From Candidatus Methanomethylophilaceae archaeon (GTDB taxonomy: Archaea > Thermoplasmatota > Thermoplasmata > Methanomassiliicoccales > Methanomethylophilaceae): a stretch of DNA of 64,000 bases. The position numbers and the translations under genes are program-made. The stretch's first letter is position 1, and each line of letters starts with the position of its first letter. Location of the stretch: contig CAVATL010000001.1 in NCBI GenBank assembly GCA_963591575.1, forward strand, positions 33,036-97,035, written 5' to 3'. Below, one piece after another: positions 50,240-59,247 of this stretch. The notes beneath the pieces are model-generated. The model searched no databases. It saw only the letters and a program-made list of their open reading frames with translations, and had not been told where the DNA came from.

Positions 50240-51043
50240 TCACTGCTTGGCAGGGAAGAACATTCCGGCGGTCATGCCGAGATAGTTTGCACCGCTGTAT
50301 CCGGGATATTTCTGGTTCACCTTGTCTGTGAATTGCTGTGCGGTGGAGCATCCGGATGCGATCTGTTTCAGATCTTCGAGATAGGCGATCTTCGTCAGTA
50401 CATCGTTTCTGCTCTCCGGAGCGTAGTGTGATGAAAGGAAGAGTTCGTATCCGCTGTCGAGATATCCTTTCAGGTTTGCGATGATCGCATCTGCATGCGC
50501 AGGTCCTGCGACGATCGAGTGGCAGTCATGTCCCAGCATGTGCATATACACTGTTTTTACGGCAGGTATTGTGACCTCGAAAGCATCGTTGTCGGGGATG
50601 ATGTTCATCTCGATCCCGGCAAGGACGAACTTTCCGCCGGTGATGATCTCCCCGGAGTTCACGGTCGTGGAATCGAAGCTGTCTCCGAAGATTCCGCTGA
50701 AGTTCTTGATGAGTCCTGCTCCGCCGCCGACGGTGTTATACGCTTCGGAGGATGCGGTGAGGTAGGATTTCACATCGGGGAGGAAGGTCTTTCCCGCTGC
50801 ATGATAGGATACCAGTTTTCCGATCGCAGTGAGGCCCTCATCTTTCAGGTACTGGGTCATTTCATCTATGCTGTTCTTGAAGCAGGGGAGTTCGATGATG
50901 ACCGCCTGCCTGTTCTTCACGAGCATGATCACCTGGTCATCAATGGCATCTTTGGTGTTGTACACTCTTACATCCATGTCTCCGAAGGAGATGGTGGTCA
51001 TCGAGCCGTGCTTGAGTTCTTTTACGGATTTTTCTGCGTTCAT
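50240..51043 (-). CDS. Metallo-beta-lactamase-fold-like protein
   Basis: 'SYHAAG', 'HMLGHDCH', 'LSSH', 'KYPGYSG.NYL.M.A'. Confidence 0.6.
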   Translation of the reverse strand: MNAEKSVKELKHGSMTTISFGDMDVRVYNTKDAIDDQVIMLVKNRQAVIIELPCFKNSIDEMTQYLKDEGLTAIGKLVSYHAAGKTFLPDVKSYLTASSEAYNTVGGGAGLIKNFSGIFGDSFDSTTVNSGEIITGGKFVLAGIEMNIIPDNDAFEVTIPAVKTVYMHMLGHDCHSIVAGPAHADAIIANLKGYLDSGYELFLSSHYAPESRNDVLTKIAYLEDLKQIASGCSTAQQFTDKVNQKYPGYSGANYLGMTAGMFFPAKQ

Positions 51044-51081
51044 TTGGTAGCTCCTAGGGAGGTCTGTTGCCTTCCCGTTAT

Positions 51082-51129
51082 TGTAACCAATATTGTTACA
51101 ATTATTTAATTGTAACTGTAATTGTTACA
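51082..51129. promoter_or_regulatory. Two TGTAAC-N7-GTTACA operators (Rrf2-type)
   Basis: 51082-51100 and 51111-51129, between divergent genes. Confidence 0.75.
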
Positions 51130-51176
51130 ACTACAATTATAAACCCGGAAAACATCCTCGAGTTCACGGGTAGACG

Positions 51177-51620
51177 ATGTACTCATCGAGATTCACGATC
51201 GCGGTTCACACATTGCTGTGCATAGAACGTTTCAGAAAAGATTACAAAACAACATCTGATTTCATCGCAGGCAGTGTGAACGTCAATCCGGTGATCATAA
51301 GAAGGATAATCGGTCAGTTGAAAAAAGCAGGTCTTGTGACGACTGAAGCAGGTGTCGGGGTCGCAGGCACCGATCTGACCAGGGAACCGTCCGAGATATC
51401 CCTCGCCGATATTTTTCTCGCGGTCGAGGGTGATGAACCTCTGTTCCATTTTCATGAACAACCCAATCCGGCCTGTCCCGTGGGAAAAACCATACGCAGT
51501 GTCCTCGGCAGCAGGATAGAGCATCTTGAAAAGACGATGATGGACGAACTAGCCGAAACGAAACTGAGCGATCTGAGAGCTGATGCAGACATATACCTTG
51601 CTGAAGCTCCGCAGAACTGA
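51177..51620 (+). CDS. Rrf2 family regulator (YwnA/SaiR-like)
   Basis: 'SSRFTIAVH.L', 'SVNVNPVIIRR', 'PNPACPVG'. Confidence 0.93.
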   Translation: MYSSRFTIAVHTLLCIERFRKDYKTTSDFIAGSVNVNPVIIRRIIGQLKKAGLVTTEAGVGVAGTDLTREPSEISLADIFLAVEGDEPLFHFHEQPNPACPVGKTIRSVLGSRIEHLEKTMMDELAETKLSDLRADADIYLAEAPQN

Positions 51621-51633
51621 ATCCGGTGAGATC

Positions 51634-52173
51634 ATGGAAGTCAGACTTGTTCACAATCCAGAAGATCAGAGTGTCCTTTCAGCGATATCCACGATGCTGG
51701 AGACCTCTCTTTCAGAGGAAATGCGTTATCCGTTCGAAGGGCTTCATCCTTATTTCAGAAACGGGACGATGCATCTCTATGCAGCATTTTCCGGAGAGGT
51801 CTGCGTCGGATTCGCGGTCGTGATAGTCGCCAGGAAGTCCCTTTACGTTCTTTTCCTTGTAGTTAATGAGAAACAGCGTTCGAAAGGATACGGCACCGCC
51901 ATTCTTTCCGCTTTGAAGAAGGAATATCCGCGCTGTTCCATAGTTCTCGACTGTGAAGAGGACAGAGTCTCATTCTACGAGCGCTGCGGGATCCATGAAA
52001 CCGGTTATAAAATGGAATTCAGGAACACATTGCTTTATGTGATGTGCGAGTCGAAACTGAACCTCAGGGATTTCATGAAGTTCAACAAGGTCTTGGAACC
52101 TCTCGAGAAGGATGACGACACCGATTTTGTGTGGATCGAGCCGGACGGGTCGAGGCATACATTCTCTCATTGA
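51634..52173 (+). CDS. GNAT N-acetyltransferase
   Basis: 'RSKGYGT', 'FYERCG'. Confidence 0.85.
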   Translation: MEVRLVHNPEDQSVLSAISTMLETSLSEEMRYPFEGLHPYFRNGTMHLYAAFSGEVCVGFAVVIVARKSLYVLFLVVNEKQRSKGYGTAILSALKKEYPRCSIVLDCEEDRVSFYERCGIHETGYKMEFRNTLLYVMCESKLNLRDFMKFNKVLEPLEKDDDTDFVWIEPDGSRHTFSH

Positions 52174-52175
52174 GA

Positions 52176-52391
52176 TTATAGTACTCGATTAGCATAATCT
52201 GTCGTAATTTCGGCACCGATTTTCTCCAGTGAGTCGGACAGCCTCACTCCGTATAGGGAGATGCATTCCCGAAATGCGAAATCTCCTATCTCGGTCACGG
52301 AATCCGGCACAGCGAAGCTGTAATCATCTTTTTCCGACGGATACTCTTCTAGCACCGTCATATCATCGGAATACCGGACCTTATCGCACAT
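52176..52391 (-). pseudogene. BspA-type leucine-rich-repeat fragment
   Basis: 'VPDSVTEIGDFAFRECISL..V.L.DSLEKIG'; only about 1.5 repeats. Confidence 0.7.
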
Positions 52392-52559
52392 AGGTGTCTG
52401 AGTATCTATGGGGAGAGCATAGTTTGCATCGGCCAGGTGTAACAATGTTGTATATGCAAAAATGAGAGTGGGTTGTCCGATACCCCTGCAGGCCGGATAT
52501 CAGACATGGTAGACCCGGCCTGTATGGCCAGGAAATGGTGATTGATTCGATTATCTGGG

Positions 52560-53912
52560 TCATTGGAAGTATGCGGGTTCTCCGTGTTCCACGATGTCCT
52601 GTCCGATGGCCTCCTCTTCCGGAGAGACACGGACCTTGATGAACTTCGATATCACCCATATGATGACATACGATACGGTGAAGCAGAACACCAGTGTGAT
52701 CAGGACGGAACAGATCTGTCCGATGAGCAGGTCGAAGCCGCCGAATAAGATCCCTGCAGGCCCGGGAGTGAATATGCCCGCGGCATCCACCGATCCGGTG
52801 TAACAGGATTCGGCGAAGAAACCGACCGCGACGGCACCCCAGATGCCGCCTATTCCGTGCAGTGCGAACACATCAAGCGCATCATCGAGCTTGGATCTGC
52901 TGTGGAAGAATCTGATAGCATAGTAACACAGCAGGGTTCCGATGATACCTATCATGAATGCCGCAGGGGCCGACACATACGCACAGCCGGGAGTGATGGC
53001 GACCAGTCCCGCGATACCTCCGGTGACAAGTCCCAACGATCCGACGCGTCCGGTCTTGGTATATTGGCATATGGCCCAGGTGAGCAGTCCTGCGGCACTG
53101 GCGACCATGGTCACGAAGCACACGTGGACGGCCTGTCCGTTGGCAAGCAGTCCCGATCCGCCGTTGAATCCGAACCAACCGACCCAGAGGATCATTGCAC
53201 CGAGGAAGGTCAGAGGGATGTTGTGAGCTCTCATCTTACGGACGCTGGCACTTCTGGGTCCTACGAATGCGGCAAGTGCCAGACCGGTCACTCCTGCGCA
53301 TATATGGACCACGGTTCCTCCCGCGAAGTCACGGACAGTGAACAGCTGGTCGAAGAATCCGCCTCCCCACACCCAATGGGCCATGGGAGTATACACGCAG
53401 ATTCCCCAGAAGACGAGGAACCAGGCGAGGGCAGGGAACCTGACCCTTTCCGCCGAAGCACCGATGACGACGCATGCGGTGACCATCGCGAAGAACATCT
53501 GGAACATTGCGAACTGCAATTCGGAGATATTTCCTCCGCTGATGTCTTCGACGACACCCTTCATGAAAAGATGGTCGAGGTTTCCGATGAAGAATCCGTC
53601 GCTGCCGAATGATAGCGTATACCCGCATATGACCCAGGTCATGGTCATGATACCTGTTGCGATCAGACACTGGGCGATGGTCGAGGTCATGCTCTGCTTT
53701 CTGAGCATGCCTCCGTAGAAAAATGCGATCCCGGGCACCATTGCGAAGACGATCACAGAGGCCACAAGGATCCATGCGACATCTCCGCTGTTGGACACGG
53801 GGGCGTAATATCCGCTCGGTACGGCCGAGACATCCTCAGCAATGTAAAGGCAGATCGTTGCAATCATCAGGACTGCAAGCACGGCCCCGAGTATTCTGGT
53901 TGTATGGTTCAT
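52560..53912 (-). CDS. amtB: Ammonium transporter
   Basis: 'FFYGG', 'FQMFFA', 'DFAGGTVVH', 'WFGFNGGS', 'HGE.AY'. Confidence 0.97.
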   Translation of the reverse strand: MNHTTRILGAVLAVLMIATICLYIAEDVSAVPSGYYAPVSNSGDVAWILVASVIVFAMVPGIAFFYGGMLRKQSMTSTIAQCLIATGIMTMTWVICGYTLSFGSDGFFIGNLDHLFMKGVVEDISGGNISELQFAMFQMFFAMVTACVVIGASAERVRFPALAWFLVFWGICVYTPMAHWVWGGGFFDQLFTVRDFAGGTVVHICAGVTGLALAAFVGPRSASVRKMRAHNIPLTFLGAMILWVGWFGFNGGSGLLANGQAVHVCFVTMVASAAGLLTWAICQYTKTGRVGSLGLVTGGIAGLVAITPGCAYVSAPAAFMIGIIGTLLCYYAIRFFHSRSKLDDALDVFALHGIGGIWGAVAVGFFAESCYTGSVDAAGIFTPGPAGILFGGFDLLIGQICSVLITLVFCFTVSYVIIWVISKFIKVRVSPEEEAIGQDIVEHGEPAYFQ

Positions 53913-54212
53913 TCCGTTCCATTCTCCGACAGTTCAATCAAGCCAATTCGGCCCTGTCAAATCACCATATTACGCATTGTATAAAAATATTTAGACAAAT
54001 GTCTAACGATTACGTAATTTAAGGATATTTGATATAATTGTTGAATAAAGTGTACTACAATTATATAGATTTTAAGAGAATAATGTGTCATTTGACAGAA
54101 TGTTATTTCGATCGACAGGTCGACATTATCTGACCAAGATACAATGCCCATACAGGCGGGAAAAGAATGTTCCGGGCGAATCGATAATTCCGATTACGCC
54201 GGGTAATGGTTT

Positions 54213-54465
54213 TCAGGATGAGCTTCTTCTGCAGGTGCATCCGACAGCGAAGACCGCGAACAATGCGATGAAAGCCGCTACGATGCAGATTATATCAGTG
54301 TCGATTTCCTTTTCCGAGGGCATGATCGCATAGAGGGAGAAGTGATTCGTTTCAAAGGTGACTTTACCATTCTCGTATGTGAATCGAGTTCTTCGATGAT
54401 CTTTCCGTCCGATATGTAGCACACCCTGAATCCCAACGGATCCCTGCCGTTCAGTTCATACGGAG
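54213..54465 (-). pseudogene. Frameshifted fragment paralogous to the 31135-31818 surface protein
   Basis: 'PYELNGRDP..FRVCYISDGKIIEELDS' / shift / 'TYENGKVTFETNHFSLYAI' + TM. Confidence 0.7.
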
Positions 54466-54644
54466 GTCTTCGGGGATGTTGTAGAAGAGATTGACGAAAT
54501 CCGTTCCGGTTTTGGTGATGTGGTTGGTGCTGAGCATGAGATTGAATTGTAGATATGCAACAATGTATGAAAATCGTCAATGTACATAAAAATACATTGT
54601 AGTTGTTTTATGGCATAGTTACTGTACGATCACCTTGTTGAAGA

Positions 54645-57122
54645 TCAAAGAAAACGCCCCGTGATGCTGTTCGGATCGCTTTTGATATCTTCGGGCGTCC
54701 CGACGGCGACGATGCGTCCGCCTTCTTCTCCGCCTCCGGGACCCATATCGATCACATAATCCGCATTGTGTATGACATCGAGATCATGTTCGATGACAAT
54801 GACTGTGGCACCGTGACCGAGCAGGTTCTCGAACACCTTGAGGAGTACACGCACATCCAGCGGGTGGAGTCCGATACTCGGTTCGTCAAAGACGAACACC
54901 GAATCGGTCTGTGTCCTTCCTATTTCACTCGCAAGTTTCAGACGCTGGGCCTCTCCTCCGGAAAGTCCGGGTGTTTCCTCTCCAAGGGTCAGATATCCGA
55001 GACCGAGCTGCTGAAGCGTCTTCAGTCTCTGGGCCACTGTATTGTGGTCTGAAAGGAATTCTATCGCGGTGTCGATGTCCATATCCATTATCTCGGGAAG
55101 AGATGCGGAGCGGCCGGCCTTGTTTGTTATAGTGATATCATACGATTCCTCTCCATATCTCGAGCCACGGCAGTCGGGACAGGGGATGCTGACATCGGGA
55201 AGGAACTGAACATCAAGGTTCACCTCCCCGGTACCGTCGCATCCGAGGCACCGCAGGGAACCGGTGTTGTAAGAGAAATCGCCTGCTTTGTAACCGTGTT
55301 CTTTGGCAGAAGCAGTCCTGGCGAAGATCTTCCTCAGTTCATCGTGCACGCCTGCATAAGTGGCCACGGTGGAGCGGACGTTGATGCCGATAGGTGTGGC
55401 ATCGATCAGTTTCACATGTCTGATCCCGGGGGCTTCAATATCTGTGACATGGGAAGGCATCGAGGTCCCGTCGATCAGTGAGGTCAGTGCGGGGACCAGA
55501 CTTTCCAGGATCATGGTCGTCTTGCCGGAACCGGAAACACCGGTCACTGCCGTGAGACGGCCTTTGGGAACGGAGACCTCCAAAGGTCTGACCGTGTGTA
55601 TCTGGGACATCGACATACGGACTTCTCCGGAGGAGAACATATCTTCTTTCGAAGCACGCTCCCTGATGTTCATGTCCGCCTCTCCGGAGAGGAACGGACC
55701 TATCTGGGAAGAGGAGTTCTTTTCAATGTTTTCCACAGTACCTTCCGCGATGAGATTGCCTCCGCCGGCACCTGCTACCGGCCCCAGTTCGACGATCCAA
55801 TCGGATTCTTTCAGGACCTGCACGTCATGGTCCACCAGGATCACGCTGTTCCCGTCGGCCACCAGGTCGTGCATGACCCCTGTCAGTCCCACGAGGTTCG
55901 AGGGGTGTAGACCGATTGAAGGCTCGTCGAGGACATACATGACGCCGGTGGTCCGGTTGCGGACCGAGCGGGCGAGCTGCATCCTCTGGCGTTCTCCTGT
56001 AGAAAGCGTCGAGGCGGAACGGTCCAGGGTCAGGTATCCCAGACCTAGGTCCATCAGACGTTTCGCGGTGTCGGTGAACGTCTCGCAGATACTTTCGGCC
56101 ATGGGACGCATCTCTTCCGGAAGTTCTTCAGGCACCTCCTTCACCCATTTAGTAAGGTCCGAAAGGGTCATTGCGCATGCTTTATCCAAAGAGATCTCTC
56201 TCAGTTTCGGATAACGGGCCGCGACGGAGAGACGGGTGCCCTGACATTCGGAACAGGTACATTCCTTCAGGAACTTCTCCACGCGTTTCATTCCTTTTTC
56301 ATCTTTGACCTTAGAAAGTGCATTCTCCACAGTGTAAACTGCATTGTAGTACGTGAAATCGAGTTCTCCCGCATCGTTGGTGTTCTTCGATTTGTAGAAG
56401 ATGTGCTTCTTGACGGCAGGTCCGTGATAGACAATCTCCTTCTCCTCGGGAGTGAGGTCGCGGAAGGGGATGTCGGTGCGGACCCCCATGGCCCTGCACA
56501 CATCGGTCATCAGAGACCACATGAGACTCTTCCACGGAACGACTGCTCCGTCATCTATGCTGATAGATTCATCGGGCACCAGGGTGGCGAGGTCGACGGT
56601 GCGGACAACTCCTGTTCCTCCACATCTGGCACATGCCCCCTGGGAGTTGAATGCGAGTTCCTCGGCGGAGGGTGCGCGGAAACGGGTCCCGCATTCCGGA
56701 CACACAAGTTCCTTTCCGGCGGCGACAAGAAGACTGGGTGCGAGGTAATGTCCGTTCGGACAGCGGTGTTCCGCGAGACGGGAGTACATCAGTCTGAGCA
56801 CGTTGAGGAGTTCCGTTCCGGTACCGAATGTGCTGCGGATCCCGGGCACTCCGGGACGCTGGTGCAGGGCGAGGGCGGCAGGTACGTAAAGCACTTCGTC
56901 TACCGATGCTTTGGACGCCTGGGTCATTCTTCTGCGAGTGTAGGTGGAAAGAGATTCCAGGTATCTGCGGGAACCTTCTGCATATAAAATTCCTAGAGAT
57001 AATGACGATTTCCCTGATCCCGATACCCCTGCGATGCCGACTATTTTGTTAAGTGGGATATCGACGTCGATGTTCTTCAGATTGTGGACCCTGGCCCCGC
57101 GGACGAGCATTTTGTCTATCAT
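54645..57122 (-). CDS. uvrA: UvrA-like ABC ATPase (class II type)
   Basis: 'GARVHNLKN', two GVSGSGK Walker A motifs, Zn fingers, 'LSGGEAQRLKLA'; about 825 aa. Confidence 0.88.
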   Translation of the reverse strand: MIDKMLVRGARVHNLKNIDVDIPLNKIVGIAGVSGSGKSSLSLGILYAEGSRRYLESLSTYTRRRMTQASKASVDEVLYVPAALALHQRPGVPGIRSTFGTGTELLNVLRLMYSRLAEHRCPNGHYLAPSLLVAAGKELVCPECGTRFRAPSAEELAFNSQGACARCGGTGVVRTVDLATLVPDESISIDDGAVVPWKSLMWSLMTDVCRAMGVRTDIPFRDLTPEEKEIVYHGPAVKKHIFYKSKNTNDAGELDFTYYNAVYTVENALSKVKDEKGMKRVEKFLKECTCSECQGTRLSVAARYPKLREISLDKACAMTLSDLTKWVKEVPEELPEEMRPMAESICETFTDTAKRLMDLGLGYLTLDRSASTLSTGERQRMQLARSVRNRTTGVMYVLDEPSIGLHPSNLVGLTGVMHDLVADGNSVILVDHDVQVLKESDWIVELGPVAGAGGGNLIAEGTVENIEKNSSSQIGPFLSGEADMNIRERASKEDMFSSGEVRMSMSQIHTVRPLEVSVPKGRLTAVTGVSGSGKTTMILESLVPALTSLIDGTSMPSHVTDIEAPGIRHVKLIDATPIGINVRSTVATYAGVHDELRKIFARTASAKEHGYKAGDFSYNTGSLRCLGCDGTGEVNLDVQFLPDVSIPCPDCRGSRYGEESYDITITNKAGRSASLPEIMDMDIDTAIEFLSDHNTVAQRLKTLQQLGLGYLTLGEETPGLSGGEAQRLKLASEIGRTQTDSVFVFDEPSIGLHPLDVRVLLKVFENLLGHGATVIVIEHDLDVIHNADYVIDMGPGGGEEGGRIVAVGTPEDIKSDPNSITGRFL

Positions 57123-57292
57123 TCGGTGTGTCTCCGACGGCCTTTCCGCCGTTGCGAACGGGAAGGCAAGATATGCGGAGATTGTCGCAGAGGTATTACA
57201 ACTATAGGTTTCCGATAATACCCAGACAGGGATTTTCAGAAGGTTCGGGGCAGCCTTCCCGTTTTATAAGATGCCGTGGATATCGGTGGCAG

Positions 57293-57994
57293 ATGATAAT
57301 CACATACTGGTCCGACTTCACCTGCCCGTTCTGTTATATCGCCGAGGCCCGCCTGAAGAAGGCGCTCAGAGATCTCGGAATAGAAGAAGAGACCAGGTTG
57401 GATTTCAAGGCGTTCGAACTGAATCCCAACGCATCCACCGTGCCGAAGAGGAACGTGATCGAAGGATTCCAGCGCCATTACGGACTGTCCGAGGCGGCCG
57501 CAAGGGACAACGTCGAGAGGATCAGTTCCCTTGGACGTGCCGAAGGTCTTGATTTCAACTACGGTTCGGCACATGTGACGAACACCTTCGATGCACTCAG
57601 ATTGGCCAAGCTGGCACAGTCGAAAGGATACGTTGCGGGACACAGGTACATCGACCGTATGTACAAGGCGTTCTTCGGAGAGAACATGATCCTTTCCGAC
57701 CATGAGGTCCTGCAGAAGACCGCGGTCGAAGCAGGTTTGGACCCGTCCGAGGTCGCCGAGGTCCTGGCAGGAGACCGTTTTGCGGATAAGGTCCGTTCCG
57801 ATGAGAACGAATCCCGTATGTACGGGATCTCTGCGGTGCCTTTCTTCGTGGTCAACGGAAAGTACGGTATCCCCGGTGCGGTGGAGACCAGCGATTTCAA
57901 GAAGATCCTTATGAAAGCTTATTCCGAGGAAGAATCCGAATCCGACGTTCAGGGAATGACCTGCGGACCGGACGGATGCAGGCCTCGGGAATGA
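57293..57994 (+). CDS. DsbA/FrnE family oxidoreductase
   Basis: 'WSDFTCPFCY', 'AFEL.P', 'GISAVPFF', C-term CGPDGC. Confidence 0.92.
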   Translation: MIITYWSDFTCPFCYIAEARLKKALRDLGIEEETRLDFKAFELNPNASTVPKRNVIEGFQRHYGLSEAAARDNVERISSLGRAEGLDFNYGSAHVTNTFDALRLAKLAQSKGYVAGHRYIDRMYKAFFGENMILSDHEVLQKTAVEAGLDPSEVAEVLAGDRFADKVRSDENESRMYGISAVPFFVVNGKYGIPGAVETSDFKKILMKAYSEEESESDVQGMTCGPDGCRPRE

Positions 57995-58482
57995 ATTTCG
58001 ATACCTTCCAGCGCCAGCAGTTTCGATTTGACATCGGTCCCGAATGCGTAACCGACGAGATTTCCGTCGGATCCGATGACCCTGTGGCAGGGGATCATTA
58101 TCGCTATCGGGTTGCTGCCCACCGCATTGCCGACGGCTTGCGCGGACATCCTCTGAAGACCTCTTTCCTCGGCGATCGTTTTCGCTATCTCACCGTAGGT
58201 AATCGTGGTCCCGTAGGGAATGGTCCTGAGAATGTCCCAGACCTTCATTCTGAACGGTGTTCCGGTAAGTTCTAGAAGCGGTACGGGCCCCGGTTCTTTC
58301 CCGGAGAAATAGGTGTCCAGCCACCTCATTGCCTCATCGATGACAGGTTCGGTATGCTCTGAAACAGTAATATCCTCTTTGCAGAATCCGAGTCCGGTGA
58401 TGCGGCCGTTTCTGCTCTCGATCAGTATCGTGCCGAACGGCGAGTCATAAGTTGCTGCATCCTCTCCGTTTTTTGGTTTCAT
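57949..58482 (-). CDS. ogt: Methylated-DNA--protein-cysteine methyltransferase
   Basis: 'IPCHRVI', 'AQAVG.A'. Confidence 0.95.
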   Translation of the reverse strand: MKPKNGEDAATYDSPFGTILIESRNGRITGLGFCKEDITVSEHTEPVIDEAMRWLDTYFSGKEPGPVPLLELTGTPFRMKVWDILRTIPYGTTITYGEIAKTIAEERGLQRMSAQAVGNAVGSNPIAIMIPCHRVIGSDGNLVGYAFGTDVKSKLLALEGIEIHSRGLHPSGPQVIP

Positions 58483-58530
58483 CGCATCACTTCGGGACTA
58501 CTCTTAAATCGTATACTGCAATCTGCAGCT

Positions 58531-58617
58531 ATGAGTCAGAACGGTAAACTGGCATCGCTTCTTGCGGGTATCCTCGCAATCGTCATCGTCGGGATCATCC
58601 TTTCGGTAGTCCTCTGA
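58531..58617 (+). CDS. Putative 28-aa single-TM micro-protein
   Basis: MSQNGKLASLLAGILAIVIVGIILSVVL*; TTAAAT about 25 nt upstream. Confidence 0.5.
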   Translation: MSQNGKLASLLAGILAIVIVGIILSVVL

Positions 58618-58626
58618 TCGGCGGAT

Positions 58627-59199
58627 TCACTCTTTCCGGTCTTCCCAGAACACGTCCTCTTTCAGTTTGAGGAGGTAATCGTGGATCGGGTCCAGTTTGG
58701 TACATATGAATTCTGTCAGTTCATCCGTCTCGACACCGTCACCCATTATCTTCTCGACGAGTGCGTCGAACTCCGGGAATTCGGGAAGTTCTTCGGGTAG
58801 TTCCTCGTCTTCCACGAATGAATCGATGTGATGTGCCAGATATCCTAAATTCGAACTGATCTGACCGTTCAGGTCGCGTCTTTCGTTCTCCCTGCCTTCT
58901 CTGCATAACTTGGCGGTGTCCTGAAGACGTTCGCAACATTCGATGGCCATCACGAGGCTTTGGGGAAGGTCCGGCAGGTCGCCCGCATCGAATCTTCTGA
59001 TCCTTCTTCCGACCTCGTTCTGAAGATCTTTGAGATCCATTTTCACGGTGTTGCAGGACCAGTAGATGTCGCTCTTCTCTCCGTCGTGTTCATCCACTGC
59101 CGAACAGATCGAATCGTTCAGCGACATGATCTCGTCCGACAATGCGGCAAGTCTGTCCTTGTATTCCTTCAGAAGTCTTCCGAACTCCTCATTTTCCAT
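58627..59199 (-). CDS. Acidic helical hypothetical protein
   Basis: Intact 190-aa ORF, leaderless-type start near TATATC. Confidence 0.6.
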   Translation of the reverse strand: MENEEFGRLLKEYKDRLAALSDEIMSLNDSICSAVDEHDGEKSDIYWSCNTVKMDLKDLQNEVGRRIRRFDAGDLPDLPQSLVMAIECCERLQDTAKLCREGRENERRDLNGQISSNLGYLAHHIDSFVEDEELPEELPEFPEFDALVEKIMGDGVETDELTEFICTKLDPIHDYLLKLKEDVFWEDRKE

Positions 59200-59247
59200 A
59201 GTCAGTTATATTCGGCAGGATATATCATACCCTCATAGGAAGGTCAC

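Noticed and set aside
54159..54173. NrpR operator upstream of amtB
   Set aside because: GGAA-N7-TTCC rather than the N6 consensus, single copy, about 250 bp from the start
54540..54630. Second TGTnnACA array upstream of the HFS pseudogene
   Set aside because: Only degenerate, unphased matches in AT-rich DNA
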